In this document: in pieces, positions 1 through 9,857 of the stretch
How positions within the stretch are numbered: the first letter of the stretch is position 1
Layout: each line of letters opens with the position of its first letter
Virus record (IMG/VR): IMGVR_UViG_3300021255_004427
Span: 32,001 to 96,000 of that record
DNA: 64,000 nucleotides
Source: a virus
Taxonomy: Duplodnaviria; Caudoviricetes
Direction: 5' to 3' (one strand)
The notes under the pieces: generated by a model
Databases searched by the model: none
What the model was told of the DNA's origin: nothing
The model's input: only the letters and a program-made list of their open reading frames with translations
Position numbers and translations under genes: made by a program

Positions 1-347
1 TGGATGCTCTGGGTTTAGCGTTCTTAGCATTCGCGCTTGAGATGCCAAATGTTGCTAAGACAATTGAAGATGTGGACTTTACAGCTCACATGGTTAACGG
101 TGAGTCTCCGTTTGCCAAGAGAGACAATGCTCCGACAGGCAAGAACTGGCGGGGCGCATCTAACCCATGGAGCAATGCAAGTCTAATGAATGGCACTGTC
201 TCCTATAAAGACGCTCAGGATAAGAGCGATGGGGATCAGCCAAAATTCTTCCGCGCACCACTTGCTGGTACGGCTGCCAGAAGAAAGAGTAATTGGGGAT
301 CCAGAAGAAGCTCAGGTTTTGGCTTTTGTGGAAGATCAATGTTCTGA
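1..347 (+). CDS. 5'-truncated ORF, probable terminase large subunit C-terminus
   Basis: Frame is open from the window edge (xDALGLAFLAFALEMPNV...). DAL followed by a hydrophobic helix resembles the last acidic motif of terminase nuclease domains, and the gene lies upstream of portal/protease/capsid. Confidence 0.4.
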   Translation, partial: DALGLAFLAFALEMPNVAKTIEDVDFTAHMVNGESPFAKRDNAPTGKNWRGASNPWSNASLMNGTVSYKDAQDKSDGDQPKFFRAPLAGTAARRKSNWGSRRSSGFGFCGRSMF

Positions 348-353
348 TAGATA

Positions 354-384
354 GTCGGCGCCGGAAAAATGGACGCCGATTTTT
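354..384 (+). terminator. Putative intrinsic terminator
   Basis: Stem GTCGGCG...CGCCGAT followed by a T-run just after the stop at 347. Confidence 0.45.
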
Positions 385-417
385 ACTAAGGTAGACATAT
401 AGTAGAAGGAAATAGAA

Positions 418-2409
418 ATGGCAGAAGAAAGATACGATAGGCATGACATACTAGCCATACCAGACTTAACCCCCAAGCGGAGTTACGAGTCTGATGGTAT
501 AGTTCAAGCACCAGGCCTGCAAACTCCCATACAAAAGCCTGTTCGCGAATTAAAAGTAATAGATGATTTGGACGAACTCACGTCGCTTGCAGATTTGCTG
601 CCTCCAGAAATTGGAGATATCATTCGCGATATAAACAGGGTTCTGTCGGAAGATTCTCAAGGCAAATTAATCATCGCGATTGAACAGGGAGGCTTTCCTC
701 CTCCAATTACGATTATTCCACCATCAACACCGCCAGAAGGAATAGGGCCTGTAAATTTTCCTCCGATTAGTGGCGGCCCAGGAAGCGAGACTTGGGGGCC
801 AGGTACAGGATTACCAAGTAATGGCGGTGGCGAAATTGATGGCCCGGGAAGCGAGACTTGGGAGCCGGGTACAGGTTTGCCAGGTAGTATCGGTGGTGGA
901 ACGGAAGGCCCTGAAGGAGAAATGGGTGGCCCAGGGACAAGCTCTCCTGGTAGTGGCGGCAGCACAAGTGGTGGTCCTGGTAGTGGGACAGAGCATCCAG
1001 GAACATGGCCTTCAGAACAGGAAGGCAGCGGGGGTGGCGGCCCTGGTAGTGAGACGAAAGGCCCCGGAATAGAAACGAAGGGGTACGGCACTTCCCATCC
1101 GACAGACGGTACATGGATAATTGGCGGGCAACACGAGCCGAATGATGGCGATTATGATGTCGACGATATTTTCTCTGCCCCGCCAACTTTTACCGTGGAA
1201 TTAGAGCCTACGGATTCATTAGTAGATCTTGCCCGAAAAGCATATCGAGATGACGACCTGGACATCAAGGCCGATTATGTCGCCAAGATGACGCAAAATA
1301 TTGCGCGCTTTTATCAGGTTATGTCCACCTTGGCAGTAGACGGAGGCATGCCTGACTATTCGTATCTTATGCGCGAATTTGACGGAACGGCAGTATCAAC
1401 GAGTGATGCAAATCAAAGACATCTTATCGATTACATCTGTAAAAATCAGATTATCTATGACCAGCGCCTTAGACAAATGAATTTAACACATACTGCGGAG
1501 AATACCCTTATTATGACCCGTGGCTTTTCTGCAGCTGAAGCCCAGCGTGAAAGATATTTTGGCGAGAAGTTCAAGGCCAATATGAACGACACTGCCTCTA
1601 CTCTTTCCAATGATATTTTGGAAAAAGAACGTCAAAACGCAAACAAAAAGTACAAAGAGGCAGCCTATAATATGTACAAATATCTTGATTCGGCGGCAAA
1701 ATATACGAATGCTTTGCTTAACATTCGCATCGACGAAGCGGCGGCAAAGGTGCAACTCTCAAATACCGGTAGCGATATTTATGCAATTACACCTCCGCCT
1801 CCCCCAACAGCAGATAATATTGATGATGGGTTCGAGACTACCCAGAAGCAAACTGAGATCGGCGAAAAATATGTTGAGGAAGCTCAGAAAGATTCTGTTA
1901 TGGGATATCAGGCTTCTGGTGGCGGTGCGTCGTATAGTGGTGGAGGCAACTACACAAGTAATACCAATATCCCTAGTGTAGGTATAGCGCCGGGCAAGGG
2001 TGTTGAAAATATTCCCAAGGGGCAATCTCCAGAGTGGGCTGTTAATATGTGTATTCGTTGCTCAAAAGGGTGTGGTATTCCCGCCGATTGGATTTACGCT
2101 CAATTTAGAAACGAATCCGGTAATTTTGAAAGGCCATGCGCACAACACAATTATGGCGGTATGTCAAGTACGAGTGGTGGTTGGATGACATTCAATACAC
2201 CTGATGATTTTGCCGATTACATGGCAAAGGTTCTGCCTCGATGGGTTGGCAGTGATGGAAAATCAACAACCCAGGCAAAGACAATGTTGGAATATGCTAT
2301 CGCGCTTCAAACCGATAGTTCTCCGTATTGCGCGGAACCGGCTGGCGTAGAACCCTACTACGCAGCAATGTTGAACTGCCTCGGAAATCAAGGTACAGTT
2401 TTAACCTAA
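418..2409 (+). CDS. Gly/Pro-rich protein with C-terminal lysozyme-like (glucosaminidase/FlgJ-type) domain
   Basis: 663 aa; GPGSETW-type repeats at aa ~120-225; C-terminal IPADWIYAQFRNESG...HNYGGM resembles the AQxxxESG...NxxG muramidase motif. Confidence 0.5.
   Translation: MAEERYDRHDILAIPDLTPKRSYESDGIVQAPGLQTPIQKPVRELKVIDDLDELTSLADLLPPEIGDIIRDINRVLSEDSQGKLIIAIEQGGFPPPITIIPPSTPPEGIGPVNFPPISGGPGSETWGPGTGLPSNGGGEIDGPGSETWEPGTGLPGSIGGGTEGPEGEMGGPGTSSPGSGGSTSGGPGSGTEHPGTWPSEQEGSGGGGPGSETKGPGIETKGYGTSHPTDGTWIIGGQHEPNDGDYDVDDIFSAPPTFTVELEPTDSLVDLARKAYRDDDLDIKADYVAKMTQNIARFYQVMSTLAVDGGMPDYSYLMREFDGTAVSTSDANQRHLIDYICKNQIIYDQRLRQMNLTHTAENTLIMTRGFSAAEAQRERYFGEKFKANMNDTASTLSNDILEKERQNANKKYKEAAYNMYKYLDSAAKYTNALLNIRIDEAAAKVQLSNTGSDIYAITPPPPPTADNIDDGFETTQKQTEIGEKYVEEAQKDSVMGYQASGGGASYSGGGNYTSNTNIPSVGIAPGKGVENIPKGQSPEWAVNMCIRCSKGCGIPADWIYAQFRNESGNFERPCAQHNYGGMSSTSGGWMTFNTPDDFADYMAKVLPRWVGSDGKSTTQAKTMLEYAIALQTDSSPYCAEPAGVEPYYAAMLNCLGNQGTVLT
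775..886 (+). repeat. Coding tandem duplication (66-bp period) encoding GPGSETWxPGTGLP
   Basis: ggcccaggaagcgagacttgggggccaggtacagga at 775 versus ggcccgggaagcgagacttgggagccgggtacaggt at 841. Confidence 0.8.
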
Positions 2410-2415
2410 ACAAAT

Positions 2416-2441
2416 AAAAAGACGCCCTTAGGCGTCTTTTT
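2416..2441. terminator. Bidirectional intrinsic terminator
   Basis: AAAAA-GACGCC-ctta-GGCGTC-TTTTT between convergent genes. Confidence 0.85.
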
Positions 2442-2444
2442 CAT

Positions 2445-3566
2445 TTAATACTTAAAAATCTTCTTCATTATATCTTTTGTTTTCTGTGAAATATCAGGGT
2501 TGGCATTTACTGCGTTAAAGATAATACTTTTAACTGTATTAGCTTCGTTCTCTGATTCCGCGACAATTGGGAATGTAATAAACCCGTCCGGCAGCTTCTC
2601 ATCAATCTCAGCACGGCCAACAATTGTCTGCATGCTCGGGGTGGTATATATAAGTTCAATATCTTCAACAGTCTTTGCTTTACCAAGCGTCTTAATATCG
2701 GCGGCAGTCAACTTATTCTTATATAACCCCTTATCGTATATATAATGTTGCAACTCATTATCTAACAGAGAAATGGCACAGGCAAGCTGTATTGTGATCT
2801 TTACACCATCAACGCCATCAACATATGGCCATAGCTCCGGGATGAGATTTCTCAATTGATAGAGTCTTTTAAGAGAGCCGCCACTCACACCCATAACCTG
2901 ACCAATTTTATCCATGATTCTTACCCGATGTTCATTCCACTTGCGGTTAGGGCGCGTATCTTTTTCCAGGCGGTTCATATTGATAACAGCCTGGGCTTTA
3001 ACGGCGGTAGTATTTTCTCTACGAATTACATTATCAAAAATAATGATTTTGCGAGCCTCGACATCATCCAGCTCATCAAAGTCATAAACATAGCAGTTCA
3101 TGGCTTCAAACCTCTTGGCCATTTCCGGGTTATTGTTGTCGGGGCTTGTGAATATTTCGTGAAGTTCCTGAAAAGCGCGATGTCTCGTGTGCCCGCCCAG
3201 AATCATATACGAACCGTTCTCCTGCTTCCATACAAGCGCAGGCGAGAGCTGACCATAGGCAACAAGGTTCTTCATTAAGTCAGTAAGAATGGTTTTATCC
3301 TGATTGGGGAAGAAGTTCCATTCTTCCTTAGCCGGGATAAGTTTTGAAATAGGAACCATTTCTGTATGATACTGCGGATAGAGCTTTTCAATTTCATGCA
3401 GCTGCTGTTCGTTCCTGCCTCTATCTTCATTCGATATTGGAGCAACCGCCTCTTCGCCACTTGCAATCTTCATCCAGTCATAATTTGGCAGTGAGGACTC
3501 ATCATCGTAAGAACCAGCCTTTGCAAAAGCCCCCATCGATACCGTCTGTTTATGCTTCTTGCTCAT
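2445..3566 (-). CDS. parB: ParB/Srx-family partition protein
   Basis: GQLSPALV...YMILGGHTRHRA matches the ParB N-terminal GxxRxxA motif; HTH-like segment follows; directly downstream of parA. Confidence 0.85.
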   Translation of the reverse strand: MSKKHKQTVSMGAFAKAGSYDDESSLPNYDWMKIASGEEAVAPISNEDRGRNEQQLHEIEKLYPQYHTEMVPISKLIPAKEEWNFFPNQDKTILTDLMKNLVAYGQLSPALVWKQENGSYMILGGHTRHRAFQELHEIFTSPDNNNPEMAKRFEAMNCYVYDFDELDDVEARKIIIFDNVIRRENTTAVKAQAVINMNRLEKDTRPNRKWNEHRVRIMDKIGQVMGVSGGSLKRLYQLRNLIPELWPYVDGVDGVKITIQLACAISLLDNELQHYIYDKGLYKNKLTAADIKTLGKAKTVEDIELIYTTPSMQTIVGRAEIDEKLPDGFITFPIVAESENEANTVKSIIFNAVNANPDISQKTKDIMKKIFKY

Positions 3567-4392
3567 AAAGCACCTCCGTGATTTCTTTGTAAAGCTTTTT
3601 AAAGTCTGAGGAAATCTTCTTGTTATGAAATTTTTCCGTTACTGCGCAATGATAATTAACGGATTTACGTGCATCTTCGCTTTCACGAATAGTCGTGTCG
3701 AAGAGCTTGCCCTCTGCTTTTCCGCCATTAAGCTTAGCAAGTTCTATAGGGATAATCTCTCTAGCTGAAGGAATATACTCTTTCGTCCCGCTCGTGTTGT
3801 GCTTTACTCGATTAAAGAAATATCCTAGTAATTTAATATTGGGATTTGCACGGCGCCGGCTCTTAATTATGTTCTGATACACCTGCGATAATCCAGCAAC
3901 ACTTCTCTCATCCGGATCCATGGGCACAAGAATATAATCACAGCTTTGCATTGGGAGCAATGTGTCTAGGCCAATGGACGGATGTGAATCCATAATAACG
4001 ATATCATACTCATTCATATCTTGAATAGCCGCGACAAGTTCCGTCCATGGATTTACACCTTCGTTAAGGCGAAACTCGCGAACCTTTCCCATAAAACCCT
4101 CACCTTCTATCAGTAGTGAGCCTGGTATCATATCGATATTCTTATACTGCGTCGGCATAATAAAGGTACGTGGCGAAACTTGAGCTCCATATATTCTTGA
4201 AATAATCCCGGCCATAATATCGTGCTGCGGATCGGCCTCAACCTTCATTGTTTGTGTAAGGTTCATCTGCGCATCTGCGTCTATTAGGAGTACCTTCTTT
4301 CCGTCATTGGAAAATAGGTAGGCCAACGCAGCGGTGGTAGTTGTTTTACCAACGCCACCCTTATGGTTTGCTATACACATGGTTTTTCCCAT
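3550..4392 (-). CDS. parA: ParA/Soj-family partition ATPase (start probably ATG at 4392)
   Basis: Deviant Walker A KGGVGKTT, LLIDADAQMNLT, YDIVIMDSHP; a GAGGAGG RBS precedes the ATG at 4392. Confidence 0.92.
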   Translation of the reverse strand: MGKTMCIANHKGGVGKTTTTAALAYLFSNDGKKVLLIDADAQMNLTQTMKVEADPQHDIMAGIISRIYGAQVSPRTFIMPTQYKNIDMIPGSLLIEGEGFMGKVREFRLNEGVNPWTELVAAIQDMNEYDIVIMDSHPSIGLDTLLPMQSCDYILVPMDPDERSVAGLSQVYQNIIKSRRRANPNIKLLGYFFNRVKHNTSGTKEYIPSAREIIPIELAKLNGGKAEGKLFDTTIRESEDARKSVNYHCAVTEKFHNKKISSDFKKLYKEITEVLYEQEA

Positions 4393-4525
4393 CAACAACA
4401 ACCTCCTCATAATAAAAATCTCCATAAATAGTCTATCATAAATACTCTTACTATTCCACTACTATCGTTAATATTATTCTATTTTGCCATTTAGCAGTCC
4501 TGCATATCGCTTAAAAACGACCTAG

Positions 4526-4560
4526 AAAATTTAGGGGACCGATTTGGTCCCCTAAATTTT
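4526..4560. promoter_or_regulatory. Perfect 15-bp inverted repeat upstream of parA; candidate parS/operator
   Basis: AAAATTTAGGGGACC-gattt-GGTCCCCTAAATTTT lies between divergent genes, so it is not in a terminator position. Confidence 0.5.
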
Positions 4561-4676
4561 TGTTTAGTGAATAACAAAAACCCTGTGGTAATATGCGCTT
4601 AGATTGTAGACCGGAAAGGACGGTGTGAGGTATTTTTCAAAAACTTAGACGCCAGATTGCTAACACATTCTTCTCT

Positions 4677-6764
4677 TTGTCTGAAAGAGTTGGCGGCGTA
4701 CAAAAGACTAAAACGGGTGTGATGGCAAAGAATAAGTTTGCTATTGCTTCTGCCGTTCTTGGCAGCTATATAGGATATTCCCGACGTGATGGCATATTTT
4801 TTAGATGTGAATATGACCTTGACGAAATAAAGGCTGCGGCCGAGACAGAGGGGTATTTAGCTACAGCCATCCAGAAATATAGTGAGCTTTTTATGAAAGC
4901 AGGGTATACCTTAAAAGGTACAAGTGATGCTCCGGCGGATTATCTTAGACAGCGTTTTAAGATGATGAGCTATATGGGTGAATTTGAGCCATTTCCTCTT
5001 TTAATGAGAGAAACTGCTTTTGACCTTGTTAAATTTAGTAATGCATTCTGGGTAAAGAACCGTGCAGATAAGATTCCTTTTGTTAAAGCAACAGGAATTG
5101 TGAGCTCAGAAAAATGTGTAGCGGGATATTCAAGATTAGACCCGGCACAAGTTCGCGCCCAGTTCGACAAAGACGGTAAGCTGTCGGCATACAAACAGGT
5201 AACGCCTACAGGCAGAGAAAAGGTTTTTAAAACCGAAGATGTGATTCATTTTGTTTTGAATCGCTCGGCCGAATCCGTGTGGGGAACACCACGATGGATT
5301 CCGGCATTGGAAGATATTCGTTTTCTTCGGACGATGGAAGGCAATGTTGCGACAATAGCTCATAGGTTCTCAGCGCCTATCGTCCACGCAAAGGTTGGTC
5401 TACCTCAGGAGGGTAAGGGTGGCACCAAGAAGGAAATTGATGACACCAGAAATCTTATCGAAAATACGCCCCCTGACGGCATGATTATCACTCCGGAAAG
5501 AGTTGCTTTCTCTATAGTTGGTGCCGAAGGAAATGCTCTGGACTTAAAAGATTATCTATCTTATTTTGAGAATCGTGTGTTTACCGACCTCAATACTTCC
5601 CAGACAATGATGGGACGTGGAGGCAGCAAACAAGATGCTGACTCTATGGAAGAGCAGGTTCATAACGCTGTTAAAGATAACCAAGCGGCGTTTGCTATTC
5701 AATTTAAGGATGCTGTAATAACTGAGCTCTTACTTGAAGGTGGCTTTAATCCCATCCTAAATGAAAGCGACGATGTTGATCTTGTATTTAATGAGATTAA
5801 TCTCGATACAAGGGTTAAGCTGGAAAACCACATCACAAATCTCTTCCATGCTAATGCAATTACTTATGAAGAAATGCGAGCTGGTATCGGTTATAAGATT
5901 GGCAACATTGATGAGGATAGAGATCACCTGTATTCAAACTTTATCGAACAGGCCAACCAGCTTGAGCAAATCGAAGTCAACCATCAGAACGCTATCGAAA
6001 TAGCAAAGCTAAGCGCACAGCTTACAAGCTCTACTGAACAAGATAGTGGCAAGGATGATGATAAATCGTCTTCCGCAAAAGCAACAAAGAAAAAGAAGAG
6101 CACCTATACAAAAAAGAATACTGGCAATGGCAAAGGTGTAAAAACTGGGAAAAAGACAGGGGCTGTAAAAGCCACCGATTCTCCTTCCAACCAATACGGC
6201 ACATACAGCGCCAAAATTAAAGAGTCTGCTATTATTAATGAGTTTTCTTCCAAACTTAATGATAGTGGCAGCAACGCTGGAGATATAAAAAACAGAATCA
6301 AGTCCTACGTAAATGACATGTCAGTAAAGGGTGCAAAAGAGGGGTATGTAAAGGCTAAGGATACATTGGATCCTGGCAATGAACACAAAAAACCGTTACT
6401 TGCCCCGCAAAATAGTGTCTTAATAAACTATTTTAACAAGAATATTGATGAGTTTTTTAGTGATATAAATAAAAAGCTTAGTAATACGGGGGACGAATGC
6501 GGTTTTAAACGGCTGTTCGAGTCACAAAAATACAGGCTCACTATGCTTACGGATTTTGTTTATAGGAAGTCTTATTGGTACTCTTACTTAAAAACATGTG
6601 AGAGCCACGGAGTAAATCGTGTCAAAGTACATTGCCGCGAAGAAAGCCGACATAAAGAAAAATATGACGGCAAAATTATTAATCCGAAAAACTTCAACAT
6701 AAATGATATTCCGGGATACAGCACGAATTGCAGCTGCTATTTAGAACCACTAGAAAATGAATAG
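4677..6764 (+). CDS. Portal protein with C-terminal MuF/gp7-like extension
   Basis: Portal-like motifs (DLVKFSNAFWVK, EDVIHF...WGTP, AITYEEMRAGIGY); position before protease and capsid; C-terminal IPGYSTNCSCYL resembles the MuF PPxHPNCRC motif. Confidence 0.75.
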   Translation: MSERVGGVQKTKTGVMAKNKFAIASAVLGSYIGYSRRDGIFFRCEYDLDEIKAAAETEGYLATAIQKYSELFMKAGYTLKGTSDAPADYLRQRFKMMSYMGEFEPFPLLMRETAFDLVKFSNAFWVKNRADKIPFVKATGIVSSEKCVAGYSRLDPAQVRAQFDKDGKLSAYKQVTPTGREKVFKTEDVIHFVLNRSAESVWGTPRWIPALEDIRFLRTMEGNVATIAHRFSAPIVHAKVGLPQEGKGGTKKEIDDTRNLIENTPPDGMIITPERVAFSIVGAEGNALDLKDYLSYFENRVFTDLNTSQTMMGRGGSKQDADSMEEQVHNAVKDNQAAFAIQFKDAVITELLLEGGFNPILNESDDVDLVFNEINLDTRVKLENHITNLFHANAITYEEMRAGIGYKIGNIDEDRDHLYSNFIEQANQLEQIEVNHQNAIEIAKLSAQLTSSTEQDSGKDDDKSSSAKATKKKKSTYTKKNTGNGKGVKTGKKTGAVKATDSPSNQYGTYSAKIKESAIINEFSSKLNDSGSNAGDIKNRIKSYVNDMSVKGAKEGYVKAKDTLDPGNEHKKPLLAPQNSVLINYFNKNIDEFFSDINKKLSNTGDECGFKRLFESQKYRLTMLTDFVYRKSYWYSYLKTCESHGVNRVKVHCREESRHKEKYDGKIINPKNFNINDIPGYSTNCSCYLEPLENE

Positions 6765-6778
6765 GAAGGTTATCACAC

Positions 6779-8167
6779 ATGCCATTAGCTCTTAGAGAAG
6801 TTGAAGGGTATGATGTAACGAATCCTACCGCCCCTATCAGCTCGGAAAAACTCAAAGAATGGTTTGAGAAGTGCAAGAACTTTAAAGAGTCCGAGCATAC
6901 CGCAAAACCGGATGGTTTTTTCACGGCCTGTATTGAAGCCATTCACGGCGATACACCGACCAGAAATTACACGCGGTATATGACGAGCAGTTTCAAGAAG
7001 GCAATTCCAACATGGACCTCGCCTTATCCTGTCCCTAACATTATGTATCACAACGATTATAACGGTGAAGTTGTTGGGCGGATTATCGAGGCCAAACAGG
7101 GAGATTCAAAAAGACTCCCTGGAGCCCAGGCACTTATCCTCACATCTGCCATCCCGGAATGGAAAGACAAGGAAAAGGTTCAAAATGGGCTTTACAGTAC
7201 GGTTTCTATTGGTGTTTCCGCAACAGATGTCCGTTGCAGTATCTGCGGCGCTCAGCTAAGTGAAGGCGATTTTTGTGAACACCAGCGTGGGTATACTTAC
7301 AAAAACGAAGAAACCGGCAAGAAAGAAACCTGCTATTGGGACGTCTATGAATGGGAAGCAAAGGAAATTTCGTTTGTCATTGTACCGTCCGACAAATACG
7401 CAGGAATTGTATCCTACTCCTACAATTATGCATCAGATGATGAGTCTACAACGGAAACTGAAAAACCAAAAGGCACACCTCCGGCAAGAAAATGGAGGAT
7501 GTCCGGCTCAGAAGATAACGATGCTTCAAATACAAATAAAATGACTGAATCGCAGAATTCCGACAGTCTGTTACCACCACCAACAGCTAAGCAGGAATCA
7601 GAAGGAGAGAAAACATTGAACATTCAGGAAGCAGAACAGAAAATCGCTTCTCTTGAAACGGAAGCGAAAGCCCTGAAGGGGGATGCTGTTGTTCTTCAGG
7701 AAAAAGTTGACGCTTTGAACAAGGACAAAGTTTCCCTGCAGGAATCTATCGCAGAGATGAAAACTGCCGTTGAGGAAAAAGACCTCGCATTGAATCATGA
7801 AAAACAGTTGCGCGAAGCCGCTGAAAGCAAAGTTGAAGGCCTGGAAAAAGAAGTAAAGGCCAGCCTTGCTGAATCCCTGGCTACGCTGCGCGAAAAGGCT
7901 GGTAAGCCCGCAATCGAAAAGCTTGCAGACCGCTCGATTGATTCCCTGCGCGATGCAATTACTGATATCAAGGCTGAGCTGAAGGAAGCTGCCGACAAGG
8001 CTGCTAAAGAAGCAAAAACTGCCGAAGAAGCCAAGGCTGCTGAAGAAGCAAAAAAAGCCAAGGGCTCTGTCAAAGAAAATACGTTGAAGGAATCGGAAGA
8101 GACTCCGGGTGCAAACGTAGCTGAAGAAGCAAAGTCCCCCGCTGTTGCCGAAGACTTTGATCTTTAA
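6779..8167 (+). CDS. Prohead protease with C-terminal coiled-coil scaffold
   Basis: YHND...VVGR, TVSIG, CSICG...CEH Zn motif, EISFVIVPSD; E/K/A-rich coiled-coil C-terminal half. Confidence 0.8.
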   Translation: MPLALREVEGYDVTNPTAPISSEKLKEWFEKCKNFKESEHTAKPDGFFTACIEAIHGDTPTRNYTRYMTSSFKKAIPTWTSPYPVPNIMYHNDYNGEVVGRIIEAKQGDSKRLPGAQALILTSAIPEWKDKEKVQNGLYSTVSIGVSATDVRCSICGAQLSEGDFCEHQRGYTYKNEETGKKETCYWDVYEWEAKEISFVIVPSDKYAGIVSYSYNYASDDESTTETEKPKGTPPARKWRMSGSEDNDASNTNKMTESQNSDSLLPPPTAKQESEGEKTLNIQEAEQKIASLETEAKALKGDAVVLQEKVDALNKDKVSLQESIAEMKTAVEEKDLALNHEKQLREAAESKVEGLEKEVKASLAESLATLREKAGKPAIEKLADRSIDSLRDAITDIKAELKEAADKAAKEAKTAEEAKAAEEAKKAKGSVKENTLKESEETPGANVAEEAKSPAVAEDFDL

Positions 8168-8187
8168 TCAGGGAGGACATTTATAAA

Positions 8188-9834
8188 ATGGCTTTATATC
8201 CTACTTCTATGGAAACTCGTTATAAGCTGCAGCCGGGTGGCCGTGGCGAAGTATTTGTTGCTGATCAGCCGGGTTACCGCGATGGCGCTGCTCGTATCAA
8301 TCGTACGCAGAACAGCATGAGTGAAGCCCCGCACGAGGCACTCACTGGTAAATACATTCTGGATAAGCGTCTGCCGGCACAGTTTAAGTATGGCTTTGCT
8401 GTTGGCTACAACAATATGGTTATTACAAAAGGCCGTATCGTAGCAGCTGACCCGTACATGGATCGTCAGGACTGGACTACGGATCGTCAGTTCAATGTAT
8501 TGACTCTGGCAAATGGTGGCGCACTGGTTCGCCTGCGTAAAGAAGGCGACGTATATCCGACGAAGGATACGTTGATTTCTGAAGAATCTCGCGGTGGCAA
8601 AGTTGCTGGTATTGGTTTGAACTGGATCCCGGTTGAAGGCATGGAAGAAACCTGGGGCGAAGGCGTATATCGCGCTTGTAAAACTTCCGGCTCTGCACAG
8701 CTCGAAGCTGCTAGTATGGGCATTGATGTTGAACACACCGGCAAGGTTGTTGAAAATGCGGAAAAAGCTACCGACGGCACGGTTGTTGGCGGTAAAGTTA
8801 CGGATGATGTTCGTGCTGCTAACGTTCCTCTTGGTATGCTGGGCAAGAACCAGTACACCCAGTTCAACGACGACAGCATGGACGGCATGATTCCTGGCCC
8901 GATTCTCACGGATAAGATTGTTGAACTCCCGTACTTCCAGTTCAAGGACAAAGCAGAAAAGCAGCCTTGGGGCGCTATCTACGGTACGCTGAAAGTCGGC
9001 GATCTGGTTAAATCTGATGAAAACGGCCGTTTGGTTGTATCTCCGCTGTCTTATGATGTTGCTCTCGATACGATGACTGCCGCAGAAATCGAGCGTGAAC
9101 GCCAGCAGGTTGTTGGCCAGGTTATTTCCCTGTCCCATGATATGGTTCCCGAGGGTGGTTATGAACTCGCTCAGTGGGCTCTGGCTGACCGTCTGAAATA
9201 CGAAGGCTTGAATCCGGAAATCTACACGCAGACAAATCGTCCTGGCGAAGATGCAGTATCCGCATCCGTATTCCAGAGCACCGGTCGTTACCCCGGCTAT
9301 CCGTACGACAAAGCGTACAGCGAACACGACCTGCATATGTTGGGCATGGGTGGTAACCACTATGACAAGTTTATGCCGCTCGAATATCAGCTCGATAATG
9401 GTATCCCGGGCCTGACCGATGGTCACAACGCCGTTGTTCGTGATTTTGAAAACAATCACGCAGCCGTAATCTTTGCTCGTAAAGACAATACGCAGCCGTA
9501 TGTTCGTTCTGTAATCAAGGTTTGCCAGAATGGTAACTTTGAGGATGGTTCCTTGAAGGTACAGCTTGGCGATGGCGATTTCATTGATGTTAACAGCCAG
9601 ACTGTTAAAGGCGAGCCGCAGAAGCTCAACGATGCCTTCGCTGTTACGTACTACAACGCCGTTCAGGGGCTTGTATGCATCGAAGTTGTTGATGAAGCGA
9701 AAGCTGACGAGATGCTGAAGGACAAAGAACTCGTTGTTAACCTGAAATACAAGAAGCGCGGCCTGAATGGCGTTCCGACCTTTATGGATTGGGATGGCTG
9801 TGTAGGTAGTGCTAAGATTATGCTTCAGCGCTAA
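8188..9834 (+). CDS. Head structural protein (decoration/cement-like)
   Basis: Between scaffold and capsid genes; strong RBS; highly biased codon usage like the capsid gene. Confidence 0.5.
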   Translation: MALYPTSMETRYKLQPGGRGEVFVADQPGYRDGAARINRTQNSMSEAPHEALTGKYILDKRLPAQFKYGFAVGYNNMVITKGRIVAADPYMDRQDWTTDRQFNVLTLANGGALVRLRKEGDVYPTKDTLISEESRGGKVAGIGLNWIPVEGMEETWGEGVYRACKTSGSAQLEAASMGIDVEHTGKVVENAEKATDGTVVGGKVTDDVRAANVPLGMLGKNQYTQFNDDSMDGMIPGPILTDKIVELPYFQFKDKAEKQPWGAIYGTLKVGDLVKSDENGRLVVSPLSYDVALDTMTAAEIERERQQVVGQVISLSHDMVPEGGYELAQWALADRLKYEGLNPEIYTQTNRPGEDAVSASVFQSTGRYPGYPYDKAYSEHDLHMLGMGGNHYDKFMPLEYQLDNGIPGLTDGHNAVVRDFENNHAAVIFARKDNTQPYVRSVIKVCQNGNFEDGSLKVQLGDGDFIDVNSQTVKGEPQKLNDAFAVTYYNAVQGLVCIEVVDEAKADEMLKDKELVVNLKYKKRGLNGVPTFMDWDGCVGSAKIMLQR

Positions 9835-9857
9835 TAACACGGAGGTAAATAATAATA

